Shown here: piece after piece, positions 25,330-36,647 of the stretch
How the letters are laid out: every line of letters begins with the position of its first letter
Numbering within the stretch: the first letter of the stretch is position 1
DNA from: Vitrella brassicaformis CCMP3155
Lineage: Eukaryota > Protista > Chromerida
Direction: 5' to 3'
DNA: 64,000 nt
Assembly (NCBI GenBank): GCA_001179505.1
Contig: CDMY01001019.1
Coordinates: 162,888-226,887, forward strand
Program-made: the position numbers and the translations under genes
Notes under the pieces: model-generated
Told to the model about the DNA's origin: nothing
Databases searched by the model: none
Seen by the model: only the letters and a program-made list of their open reading frames with translations

Positions 25330-27947
25330 CAGCGACACGTCGCGAATGATCACCCCGCCGCCGCTCCGTGCCGTCCCTGGTCGGTCAAGAGAGCCGAGCT
25401 CAGCACGAAGACGAGCACCCGACTGCTCTTGCTTGACTGATTAGGTGTGCCGGCCGGTCGTGGTGTGGCGTTTGGTTTGGTGCTGCCTCGCGAGAAGGAT
25501 CTGATGGCTGTGTCGATGCGCGTGTGGCTGACGGTGCTGTCGGCGATCGCTCTGCCGCTCTTCGCCTACTTGGCTCTGGCGGGCTCGGCAATGTGCTGAG
25601 AGAGAGACGGAGAGAGGGGCATTCTCTTGCACCGCATCCAATCGATCATGTGTGTGTATGTTTGTGTGCATGAGTTGGTGTGTGCAGTGAGCTGAGCGGC
25701 CCAGCGACGGCTGCATTTGCCCTCCAGTGCGTGCCTTTGCTGGTGCAGAAGACAGGCAGTGAACACAATACACCCATTTGAACACAGGTGTCTCTATATC
25801 CATCTGTCTCTCTGTCTCTGTGTGTCTCCCTCCCTCCCTCCCTCCCTCCCTCCCGTTGTGTAGCTGGTGTTCGTGTCTGTGCCAATCTGGCTGATTGCCG
25901 TGCTCTGCGCTGCCACACGTAAGGAAAACGGACATCACACCAATGCGTGTGTTGCGAGTCCATTAATCACTTTATGTTTTGTTCTCAGTGTTGGCTGCCT
26001 ACGCGGCTTTCGTGGCACTCACCGACACTCTCAAGACAGCAACCAAGTGAAAGCACTCACTTCCATCCATCCATCCATCCATCCGCGCAAATGCCCCCCG
26101 TCGACACCTTGTCTGTGTGTTGTGTCGATGCATGTGTGTAGGTGGCTGCTCGTTGTGGTCGCGTCTCTGTTGGTGTCCAATTTGCTGCTCCAGCTCTTTG
26201 CAGCTGCGACAGGCGTCGACGCGAGCAGAGTGCTGACGCCTCAAGATTTGATGTTTCCTGTGGTGNNNNNNNNNNNNNNNNNNNNNNNNNNNNNNNNNNN
26301 NNNNNNNNNNNNNNNNNNNNNNNNNNNNNNNNNNNNNNNNNNNNNNNNNNNNNNNNNNNNNNNNNNNNNNNNNNNNNNNNNNNNNNNNNNNNNNNNNNNN
26401 NNNNNNNNNNNNNNNNNNNNNNNNNNNNNNNNNNNNNNNNNNNNNNNNNNNNNNNNNNNNNNNNNNNNNNNNNNNNNNNNNNNNNNNNNNNNNNNNNNNN
26501 NNNNNNNNNNNNNNNNNNNNNNNNNNNNNNNNNNNNNNNNNNNNNNNNNNNNNNNNNNNNNNNNNGAGAGAGGGGCATTCTCTTGCACCGCATCCAATCG
26601 ATCATGTGTGTGTATGTTTGTGTGCATGAGTTGGTGTGTGCAGTGAGCTGAGCGGCCCAGCGACGGCTGCATTTGCCCTCCAGTGCGTGCCTTTGCTGGT
26701 GCAGAAGACAGGCAGTGAACACAATACACCCATCTGAACACAGGTGTCTCTATATCCATCTGTCTCTCTGTCTCTGTGTGTCTCCCTCCCTCTGTCCCTC
26801 CCTCCCTCCCTCCCTCCCTCCCTCCCGTTGTGTAGCTGGTGTTCGTGTCTGTGCCAGTCTGGCTGATTGCCCTGCTCTGCGCTGCCACACGTAAGGAAAA
26901 CGGACATCACACCAATGCGTGTGTTGCGAGTCCATTAATCCATATCTTTATGTTTTGTTTTCAGTGTTGGCTGCCTACACGACTTTCGCGGCACTCACCG
27001 ACACTCTCAAGACAGCAACCAAGTGAAAGCACTCACATTCATCCATCCATCCATGCAAATGCCCTCCGTCGACACCTTGTCTGTGTGTTGTGTCGATGAA
27101 TGTGTGTAGATGGCTGCTCGTTGTGGTCGCGTCTCTGTTGGTGGCCAATCTGCTGCTCCAGTTTGCAGCTGCGACAGGCGTCGACGCGAGCAGAGTGCTG
27201 ACGCGACCCGCCGCCTACATTTCCGTCTATGTGGGCCTGTTGCTGGTGCTCACGGGCGGAGGACTGGCTGCGACAGTCACAATGGTAAGCATTCGACGAG
27301 ACGCAGACTCATGCATGGACACTCGTGTGCGTTTGCGTATGTGGTGTGGTGGAACAAGAGCCGTTTTGTGGGGGACGTCGTCTTTGTGCTGTCTCTGCCG
27401 CTTGTCTGCTCATACATCGCCACTGCCTCGCTCAGTCAGTCAGTCAGTCAGCACCACAAGAGCCATGAAGACATACACAAAAAGATGGGATGGGATGTGT
27501 GTGTGTGGGGTGGGTGAATGCAGGCGTTCTCCTGTTTGTATTGCTCGGCCTGTCGCCCTCACTCGACCCTCTCCACTACTTCCGGCAAATAAACAAACAC
27601 ACACTCACCCAAGACACACAGTCGACCGACCTGTCTGCCTTCGTGTGTGCCTTTGTGTGTCTCATATCAGTGTGCCGACGTTCTTCGCTCTCCCGGGCTG
27701 GCCGATCCTCCTCGCAATCTGGGTCAGTCCGTCGGTCAATATTTATATGCACAATCGTGCCTTTCGGCTGTGTGCTGCTGCAGGCGTGTGTGTTTGCTGT
27801 CGGCGCGCGTGTGCATCTCGTGAGGTAAAACAGTGACGATATAGACCACTGATGGCCATTGGCTTGAACCAATTTTGAATTCTATCTCACAGGGAGGAGC
27901 AGCGCAAGTACGCCACCACCAGCCCCGACACGACGACCACCGTGTGA
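25034..27947 (+). CDS. Signal-peptide, ~7-TM membrane protein (GPCR-/GOST-like, tentative), partly duplicated across an assembly gap
   Basis: SP MVMSLWPLVCVSLWLICPAAVHS; hydrophobic exons VWLTVLSAIALPLFAYLAL, FVSVPIWLIAVLC, WLLVVVASLLVANLLLQFAA, AYISVYVGLLLVLTGGGLAATV, VVFVLSLPLVCSYIA, FFALPGWPILLAIW; last exon EEQRKYATTSPDTTTTV*. Confidence 0.55.
25610..27205 (+). repeat. Diverged tandem duplicate: ~25610-26236 vs ~26566-27205
   Basis: Two copies of the same exon/intron block with several substitutions and indels (IWLIAVLC vs VWLIALLC; VSNLLLQLFAA vs VANLLLQFAA). Confidence 0.9.
26266..26565. other. Assembly gap (300 N)
   Basis: Run of N. Confidence 1.
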
Positions 27948-29429
27948 GCCACAGAACGACAGACAGACAGACAGACAGACGGATATGACTGACACAGAGG
28001 GAGGAGAGACGTGAGTGACGGATTGAGGGCTGACTTGATGGATGGATGAATGGATGCAGTAACTGCAATAAAACGATGACATGACTTGATCGTGTTTTCA
28101 ATCGCATCCAGTCTTACTTGTGGCGTCATTCAACGTGCATACCGAATTACTTCGCCTGGCTGGCTGGCTGGCTGAGTCATCCATGTGTGTGGTTTGAGGG
28201 TGTGTGGACCGTTCGTTCCTTGTCGGCTAACACTCTCACGTGGCCACTTAAGTGACTGGAAGCATTTCACATGAGACACGCACAACGACTGAATGGGTAT
28301 ATTGTCGGTTGTCTCTCCCTCTCTCTCTGTGTGTCTGCGTGTGTGTGTACACGTGGGTGTTTGTATAATGCGAAGGTGAGGCCCGAAGGGCCGAGCCGAG
28401 CACGGTGAGTACACATGCCTTATCCCCTCTCCCTCATGAACGGATGGATGCATGGCTATAAGCCTCACCAACCTAGCAGGGGTCTTGATGCACGTCTGCA
28501 CATACACGCAACACACAGACACACACACACAGAAAAAGAGAGAGAGAGAGAGAGAGAGACATACAGGAAAACACATGAGGAGATGAGACGGGCAATGGGT
28601 GGACACGTGTGGTGCGGTCTAATGGATGCGTACTTTGCCTACTTTGCCCTCAAGCGTGTAGCCGTGGGGACACATGTATTGCGGAGGGACAGTGACGCGG
28701 GACGACACGGGCTAAAGGGACACGTAGAGACCACACGTAGAGACCACACACACAATGATCAAGTGATCCATTGATTGCTATTCTGTTTCCTCCCCGTCTT
28801 TGTCTCTGTCTGCAATACAGACCTTTCTGCATTTAAATGGGAGCCGTACTTCCGTTTCGCGTACATGTCTGCATGACATACAGGCACACACATGAGCTAC
28901 AGACAATGTCCATCCATCCATTCGTGTGTGTGGTGTGGCCTAGCGTACGCATTGCCAGCCGTCCTGCGGGGTTGTAGCGTTTGGAGCACCTGGCCTGCAG
29001 GTGTGCTTGCGATCTTGATGCACTCCCCTTCACCAGGTATACCTGGTTTGTCCCAATTTCTCGGGTACTACCCCTGCAGACACGAAAGAGAGAAGGGAAC
29101 GTATGCGTTTGCATGCGTGTGCATGTGTGTGACCAGCCGCGACCACTGGGCAGTAGGATAAGACACCGAATTTGCTCCCGGTGGATTCGGTGTAGGCCTA
29201 CTTAGAAACTTTCCCCCCATTCCCGCCACTGATATGTATACCCGGACTCACAGTACGGGATGGCGGGCATCGTGTGGGGCATGTAGTGCCCCATGGGCAG
29301 TGCACCTCATTGTCGTTTTCCTCATCGCCATAAAGGAGAGGATGACACAGCACAGCACAACAGACATTCATCAGCTATGTGCGTGACGCGTGTGTCTGGT
29401 GTGGGGCGTGTGCGTGGGGTGGGGGGGTG

Positions 29430-29931
29430 CGGCGCGCCTGCCAGTGGCTCGCTACATTGGAGCCAGTAGTCTTGGCCTTTGTCTCCATCTTCATCGGCGC
29501 CATCTGTGGTATGTTATGCAAAGTTGCATTCTCCCCAGCTGGGGCCATGGGGGCCATAGTCATCGCGGTGGGCGCTGGTGTATAGGTGGTGCTCTCCCGG
29601 CGGAGGATGTCACGCTGGCAAACGACGACAGTACCTGCTGCAATGAAAGGTAGCGCACACAACACCACAGAGAAATCAGATGAGTTTTGTGTGTCGGGAG
29701 CGCCTGCACTGACCTGATCCTTCTTATCTTCGTGTGTTCTCACGACGGCGTCCCGCGATATGCCTTCGGGCGCAGCTTGCACAAGCACGACACACCACAG
29801 CGAGACGGATGGATGGATGGATGGGCAGATCTACGGCAGATCTATCCCCGGCCCCCACACCCCCACACACGTACCTGTGCGAGTGTGGCCTGAAGGCCCA
29901 GGAGGGCGATGAGCACGACGCTGGAGATCAT
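29430..29931 (-). CDS. Putative secreted-protein gene or pseudogene (signal-peptide exon clear, downstream frame ambiguous)
   Basis: Exon 29931-29875 MISSVVLIALLGLQATLAQ|GTACGT; further exon-like blocks with good donors (CAG|GTCAGT), but canonical splicing gives in-frame stops. Confidence 0.35.
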
Positions 29932-30123
29932 ACTCGCAACGTAACCGGGCTTTTCACGGAGACCCGCAAAGTCATAATACTGTGGTCAGTTTTTCACGTA
30001 GAGGGCCAGTTTTCCACTCGGGGCTTCAGTTCCGTTGCAGAGCGCCGGCCTTCCGTTCACTTCCTGCGAGCTTAGCCCCTCCCCCCCGTTTTGGGCTGGT
30101 TTTGGGTTTGGGGAGTTCCTAAC

Positions 30124-31726
30124 CAGTGTTGAAAGTAGCGGGGTCAAGGGTCAAAATCAGGGGTCAAAAAAGTGGGGGGAGGCCAAAATTTCACGACCCC
30201 CCAAAAGCACCAGCTGGGGGAGGTAAGACCGCTCCCCACCAGCTGGGGGAGCGTCCGATCGCTCCTTCAAAATCATGAAAATGCCCTCCTGGAAAGCTGA
30301 GACTTGACATGCTGATACTAAGCCACACGACGGGTCTCCCAGATCTCTTTTTCCAGGGGAAACCTCGTGGGATGCATCGAAAGCTCGCCTTCAAGCTCGC
30401 AAGCGAAACGGGCGAGAGAGGGCAAAGCCGCCGCATGACGACCATCTGGCTGTGTGCGTAGCTGGTGTCGCTTGCATGGGATCTCTACGTGCATCAGGTG
30501 TGCCGTCACACACACACACAGCACCCTCCCTCACTGTTCTTGTCTGTCTGTCTGTCTGTGGTGGCTGGTCAGTCAGGCGATCGATCTCTGTATACTCGCC
30601 ATGGTCGAGAAGACACGATTTGTCGCCCGACCACCATACGTCAAGCAAAGACAATGGTAGGCGGCCTTAAGAAGGCTTTCATCCATCCCGTGCGTGTGGT
30701 GCGTTGTGCGTGCCTGTCTGCTGCAGGTAATAAATCCACCCGTGCCCCTCCTCTCCTACCATTACATAAGAATCAGGCGACTTCGGTCGTAACTTCCTGG
30801 AGAGAGGAACACCATGAAGGTAGACGGCCAAATAAACAGGCATCGTGGCCTAATGGCAAACAGAGAGGCATCGTGGCTTCCACATAACGACCATCTGGCT
30901 GTATGCGTCGCTGGTGTCGCTTGCATGAGATCTCTACGTGCCGCATCAGGTGTGCCGTCACCAACGACGGTGAGAAAGCCGTGGCCGGCAGTGGTCAGGG
31001 TCGCCAGCGCGAATCGACATCAGGTAAGGTACCACGTGTATACACACGCCACACACACATACACACACACATCTCCCACACAATGACGCCTCTCTCTTGT
31101 GTGTCTGCAAAGTTCGGCGACTCCATCGACACAAACGACAATAACACGACAAGAAAACCGTCCAATGATGGACTGCGACAAGGAAACCGTCCAACGATGG
31201 GCTGCTGTAGTCACGTCTCTGGGCAAGCTCCTGAAGAGCTGGGCCAATCGGCTCTCATGCCAATAGGCTCGTCATGAAGAGGGCACGCTCTCCTTTGCGT
31301 TGAGGCAAGCTGATCTGCACTTGTATGTTGATCTGCGCTGTTTGTCTGATCCCCTCGTGATCCGCCCTTCATCCCACTTCATGATTTGTGCTGTGCGTCT
31401 TGTCCTTACCTGTGTACCTGTTCGTGTTCCTACCATGAGACATCCACACACATACACACACACACAGCTACAAAAGGGAGAAGGACATGCATGCAATTGT
31501 CTATGTTCTTTTATTCATCGCATGGATGGTGTGATCGACGTGTTTTCTGGACACATCCGCATTCTCCGTCAAGGGCGCAATCGCCCCAATCACTGGGGGG
31601 TCGTGCACCGCGCTCAGTTTGCCTGGGCGCCTTACTTGTCTCTGTGTAAGCTCGCATTTTGACCCTGTTGACCCCGCAAGCTCGCGGTCAAATACCGGCG
31701 ATTTCTCGAGCTTACTTTCAACACTG
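30124..31726. mobile_element. Non-autonomous TIR DNA transposon (hAT-like CAGTGTT ends), ~1.6 kb
   Basis: 14-bp perfect TIRs cagtgttgaaagta (30124-30137) / tactttcaacactg (31713-31726); mirrored subterminal gcggggtcaa(ca)gggtcaaaat; flanking tcctaac at 30117-30123 and 31731-31737; no transposase ORF. Confidence 0.75.
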
Positions 31727-31905
31727 TGAATCCTAACTCGGCAGGCCGTGGCATCGCCCCTGCCCTGGAGCCCCAGTTCCGCAGAACACGGTTGGAAACT
31801 GTCCCGCAGAGACGCCCCCATCATTCTGCGATCACTGCTTCAAGATTCATTAAGACGTGTTAGTCGAGGACTGAGCACATCGTCTGCGACGTTTGCTGAG
31901 CCGCG

Positions 31906-32359
31906 ATGATGCGTCGTTTCGGCCTCCGTTTCATCCTGGTGGTCGGCCTGGCCGCCATCGTGACAGCCCAGCGCAGCTGTGGCCTACGTAAGCCAGAGCA
32001 CCGAACCGACCATCCACCGTAGCAGATCTGCCCATGCTGGCTGTTTCTTCTGCTCTTTTGTCCATATGGATGGCCGGACGGCTGATGTGTGGTGCACAGA
32101 GATGTCGGTTGATGCTCATGAGCTCGGTAGGTGGCCGGGCACATTCATCCGTCCGTCCATCCATGTACGTTAGTCATTGGTGTATTCCATCCATCCATCC
32201 ACGGCTGCAGGCGTGTCGGGCACCGGTTCGTTTCTGTCCCTGGCCCTCGGTTCGATAGCTCACGCCGCAGATATGGCCGCGGCCGCCAACAAGATGAGCG
32301 CCATGGCCCACAACATGAGCAGCATGGCGCTGACGGCCACCGCCAAGACGCATCAGTGA
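31906..32359 (+). CDS. Small secreted peptide B (76 aa, 2 exons)
   Basis: Exons 31906-31987 (C|GTAAG) and 32211-32359 give MMRRFGLRFILVVGLAAIVTAQRSCGLRVSGTGSFLSLALGSIAHAADMAAAANKMSAMAHNMSSMALTATAKTHQ*. Confidence 0.7.
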
Positions 32360-32410
32360 GGGAGAGAGACCAGATATGAGGTTTTCACTCTCTCTGGACA
32401 CTCTGTCTAT

Positions 32411-34170
32411 GTGTGTGTGCGTCTGGGTGCGCGTGTGTGTGCCCTTCCGTCTCCCCAATCGCTCAGTACGCTCAAGAGCGTCCATCCGCCTCTGTCCCAC
32501 CGTGACGCCCTTGCGTTCCGTGCGTTTGGCTTTGAGCCCCATGAGTCACTCAAGCCAGACGATGCTGGCGCAATTGCCAAGAGTGTCAAAGACAAGCTGA
32601 CTACCTCGAAGCGCAAGTGCTTCACCGCCAACTTCACCGCCGGTCACCAATCCCGACTGACTCTCGAGGAATTTGTCTCCTCCATGGCGACTACGCTCGA
32701 GAACTTTACGGCCAATACTGAACACCTCGAGGCGGATGATGCGGAGAATAAGACGGTCACACTGTGTCAGTCGATCTCCGTCGATAAGACAGTCCGGGGG
32801 TGCGAGGAGTTTGAAGTCATCCAGGACTTGCAAGGGCTCAACTTCGGTTAGCGAGTGGAGGAAGGGAGTCAAGGATGCGAGCGAGTGTAACGTGTTCCGT
32901 TGTGTTTGATGTATTCAGTCCCGTATTACACAAAGGATGGCGACGCTTCGATCAGGTGGACGAAGAACACGTGCCATATGTGTGTTCTTCTAGAAGAAAG
33001 ACCCCAAGGTGAAGGGCGAGTTCCCCTACAAGTAGGATTGAATACAAAATGCACTGATATGAATGTTCACCCCTGGACCTCTTCCACGACCCAGGCGCCT
33101 GGCGCACAAGGAACCAATGACTTGTCCCAAGCTCGTCGACAAGGAGGGCTGTGGCGATCGCGAGTCCTACCCCGTCGCAGATCCTCCGATGCGCTACCTT
33201 CCCGTGACGATCCCTCTTGAAGGCACAGATCTGATAAACAAGTTCGACGATAAGGACTCGTTTATGAAAAACATTGTCTTCCAAGGTCAGGGCGATTAGC
33301 CAAAGGTCTGCTGATGGAAAACATGCCTGTATGTTCTGTGTCTCGCATGCGTGTGCGCCTGGATGCGTGCGTGGATGTATGCAGAGGACCCGAAACTACG
33401 AGCTATCAGAATAGTCCGCAACCTTGGAGTCAAAGGCAATCGCTTCAGCATCCTCGGCGTCAAAGTGGCTTCTTCGGTGAAAGGCAAGTTCTTCAACCCC
33501 AAAACCAAGGAAATGGAAGAGGAGAAGCCTGCATACATCGTAAGAAGGAGGAGGAACAGATCGAAGCTATGGATGATCTGTTTCGCAGGTCTTTAAGATG
33601 CACGTGCGCGGTTGACAGCGACAAAAGGGAGAAACGCGGCCACAGGTTTCCCTGTTTTCCTCAGGCACTCCAGGCTGACGTGTGGATCGCTAACACGGAA
33701 GAGCTCAAGGAAAATGAGCACTTTGCGCTCGGGTTCGGGAAGCAGGCAATTACCATGGGTTTAGGAACGGTCCCCACTGCAGACAACATGTACACACCGC
33801 AGGCAACACTGCATCCATGCTCTGCATGAGTGCCTTTATGAATGCAGGGGTAAGTTCTCGAAGAAGGAGAACGGACAGTGGGTTGTCGCGCCTGGCTTTC
33901 CATTCCAAGTAAGGACAGAGAACAGGGGGAAAGAAATGAGGACATGTCTTTCCCGTTCTCTTAGGTAAATCGGAATGCTCCCGATTACGCCAAGAGAGAA
34001 TACACTCGCTTGACTCGCGATGCTCACTTTGTGTTCCATTCCGAGGGTGAAAAGGAAATCAAAAAGCGATTCATCTCCGACGTGTATCACAATTTGTATC
34101 CAGAGGAGGAGGCCGGACACACCGACCAGCAGCCGCCCGCCAAGAACGCCCGCAAGGAGGCGTAGATGGG
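32411..34170 (+). pseudogene. Hypothetical or decayed gene with short microsatellite-free introns, unrecognised family
   Basis: Chain of protein-like blocks (..RLTLEEFVSSMATTLENF..; ..MRYLPVTIPLEGTDLINKF..; EDPKLRAIRIVRNLGVKGNRFSILGVKV..; ALQADVWIANTEELKENEHFALGFGK..) separated by GT..AG segments or stops; more A-rich codons than neighbouring genes. Confidence 0.4.
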
Positions 34171-34499
34171 GGAGGCGGTCGAGCCCATTAGACACCGTTG
34201 ATGACGCCAAGTGCATGTGTTGACGACGAATCTTCTTGCAAAAACGCTCTGGCTGCATCACTTTGCGTGGCGTGTGTGGAGATCAACGATGAATCAAACA
34301 TTCGGAGACACCAAGGGCTCTCGCAGCCATCCATGGACTGATTGAGTGAATGAAAGAACAGACGGTGTTTCATCGTTTTGAGTGACTTTGAGCGAGAACC
34401 GAGTCAATGGGCTTCTGAGAGGCTCCTGTGATTCATTCACGGCGAGAAATCACCCAAAAAGGCGCTGAAAAGCAAGTGGGTCACCTTGGTACAGTAAGC

Positions 34500-34745
34500 C
34501 GACCACTTGTGGCTCAAAATGACCGCAAGAAAATGAAGCACCCCTCTGTGAAAGAGCGGACCGATGAAACAGCCAATGAACGCAGAAAATCCTTGATGGT
34601 CATGTTGAGATGAACCATTCCGACTGTGATTTGCGACGAAAGAGCGATGAAAGGGAGTTTGCTTGGAGGTTGACTGACCATGTAAACAGAAGAGCAGCGC
34701 TGCCTCACTTGCGAGGCAGCAAGGGCTCATTGGTGACCCAAAGGT
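34500..34745 (+). repeat. Dispersed repeat family B, copy 1 (copy 2 at ~53165-53415)
   Basis: Shared tggctcaaaatgaccgcaaga..atgaagcacccctctgtgaaagagcggaccgatgaaa..gcgacgaaa..gaagagcagcg..cattggtgac. Confidence 0.85.
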
Positions 34746-35662
34746 ACCCAAAGGAGGGTCAGACCAGCCCAACACACGTTTGTGCAGCCCTGATGTGTTC
34801 GGCCTTCTTTCCTCCTCAGTCATTCCGTGCATCACTTCACCCTCCGGATCCGCCCACCGACCCACCCACCCACCCACCCATCCATCCATGCAGCCACCCA
34901 TCGCACAAGCAATTTAAGGACCATTTCGTGTGATGCATTCACTGCTGCAGGCGGCGGGGCGGCATGAATTATGTGATTTGCTTCCTGTTATGCTTGCTGT
35001 CCATGCCTTTTGTGCCGTCATGGGCCCACTGACGTCATATTGGTGACTCCTGTTCCATGGACTGACGACGAATCTTCATGCAAAATAGCTCAGGCTGAAT
35101 CACTAGCTGGTGGAGGGTGAATGAGACACTCAGGAGACACCCAACAGGGCTGAACAGCCTCCAGCCACTCGCACCCAACAGGCTGTGAATGGATGGTTTT
35201 TCCTCGCTTCAGAGTCGTTTTGAGCGGGGAAAAAAGAGTCAATGTGATGGAGGGGGGCTCTGGTGAGTCATTTATGGCGAGAAACCCCGCAGAAAACAAG
35301 CAGCAGATAAAGCAATCATTGGCTTGTTCGCATAAACCCATCAAATGCATAAAGCAATCACCCCTGTACTGATTGCTTTAAGCGATACTTACTGTAGAGC
35401 GTATAAGCGGGTCACGCGTAAGTGGGGTCAGCCATGTACTGACCCACTTTCGCGGTCCGGACTGTAATGTCTGACATCTCAGCAGAGAAGCAACGTCAGG
35501 CCACGCCAGCGTGCATGTGAACACCCTCTTCCTCAGGAAAGTATGCATATGCGGTTCACAGAATTGCGAAAAACATTCGCATCTCATGTCAACTCACTAA
35601 GAAGTTGTGAAGATCAGACACTCTTTCAAGCTCCAACACACTGTGTGTTCCTCAGGATGCCC

Positions 35663-36010
35663 TCAGAGCTGCTTCAACAATGGAGTCTCCAGTCTTTTCA
35701 AATTACACAAATAAAAATGTTCGGTACTGTAATGCAGTTTGGAACCGTTCAAGTTGCGTGTCGCGGCCGGGGGTGTTCTCTGGGCGTGCAGCTGCTCGTG
35801 CACCTGTTGGTCAAGCTGCAGTCTTTGCCCTCGCAACAAAGCCAGACACCACACAAAATGGACAGATCTGCCATAATGCATGGTCACTTCGGTGCGTGTG
35901 GCGCCTGTGTGGCTTACGTCGGTCATGCGTGCGCCGGCCAGCTGAGGCTGCACAAGGGCGGCCAAGCACGCCAGCAGGATGGCAGTGAGGACGAAACGAC
36001 GCATCGTCAT
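35663..36010 (-). CDS. Small secreted peptide C (signal exon paralogous to peptide B; second-exon acceptor ambiguous)
   Basis: Exon 36010-35918 MTMRRFVLTAILLACLAALVQPQLAGARMTD|GTAAGC; nucleotide similarity to the 31906 exon (atgcgtcgtttcg..atcctg..tggccgcc). Confidence 0.6.
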   Translation of the reverse strand: MTMRRFVLTAILLACLAALVQPQLAGARMTDVSHTGATRTEVTMHYGRSVHFVWCLALLRGQRLQLDQQVHEQLHAQRTPPAATRNLNGSKLHYSTEHFYLCNLKRLETPLLKQL

Positions 36011-36216
36011 GGACAGACGTCGAAAGCGATGCGCACACTCGACGAGAGTGAGAGATCTCTAACTGAACGGAACGGAAAGAGAGAGAAAGAGAGCGAAAGC
36101 GGATGCGCGTTCTGAATTGGCCAGGAACATCCATCTGCCGAAAGCTCGCACGTTTTCGGTCCCGTTCCGTCGTAAGTATCGCTCTTCGCTCGGATATGTC
36201 CATTATCGTTCGCAAG

Positions 36217-36647
36217 ATGGCTTTGTTGCTCATTCTCGCCATTTGTTTCGCCGTCCACTTCGCGGGTAAGTCGCACCTTCGCAGCCACGATGCAGCCATC
36301 AGTTTGGGCAGATCCACCCATCGATATGACCTCTGTGTGAGGTGTGGTTGTCAGTTGTCACGAGCGGCGCATCCTCGTCGGAGTTGGCCCTCGTGCAATC
36401 CCAGGTGGCGGCCGCCAAGAAGACTATGGTGGCAGCCAGCAAGCTGAACCAGGTGGCCAACCAGCTGAACCAGGAGGCCCAGGAGCTCCACGTGGCGGCC
36501 AGCGAGGCCATTGAGACGCCTACACCGCCATGCTGCAGATCACTGACGGTAACTGTTCCGCCCGTCAGGGAGGTGCCATGCACGACGCACGCCACCTCGC
36601 TTGCCATTCATTGCCTCCCCATCTCCTTTCCCTTACTGGCTGTCTGA
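36217..36647 (+). CDS. Small secreted peptide D (helical Ala/Gln-rich; 3' end uncertain)
   Basis: Exon 36217-36265 MALLLILAICFAVHFA (G|GTAAGT), then from 36355 VVTSGASSSELALVQSQVAAAKKTMVAASKLNQVANQLNQEAQELHVAASEAIETPTPPCCRS.. Confidence 0.65.

Noticed and set aside
28650-29330. Cys-containing minus-strand reading with TGA (possible selenoprotein or continuation of the 29931 gene)
   Set aside because: Multiple stops including TAA/TAG, no SECIS-like element identified, frames not joinable unambiguously
34501-34520. Resemblance to the dinoflagellate spliced leader (CCATTTTGGCTCAAG), also at ~53168
   Set aside because: Several mismatches, no GT donor or Sm motif following; part of repeat family B
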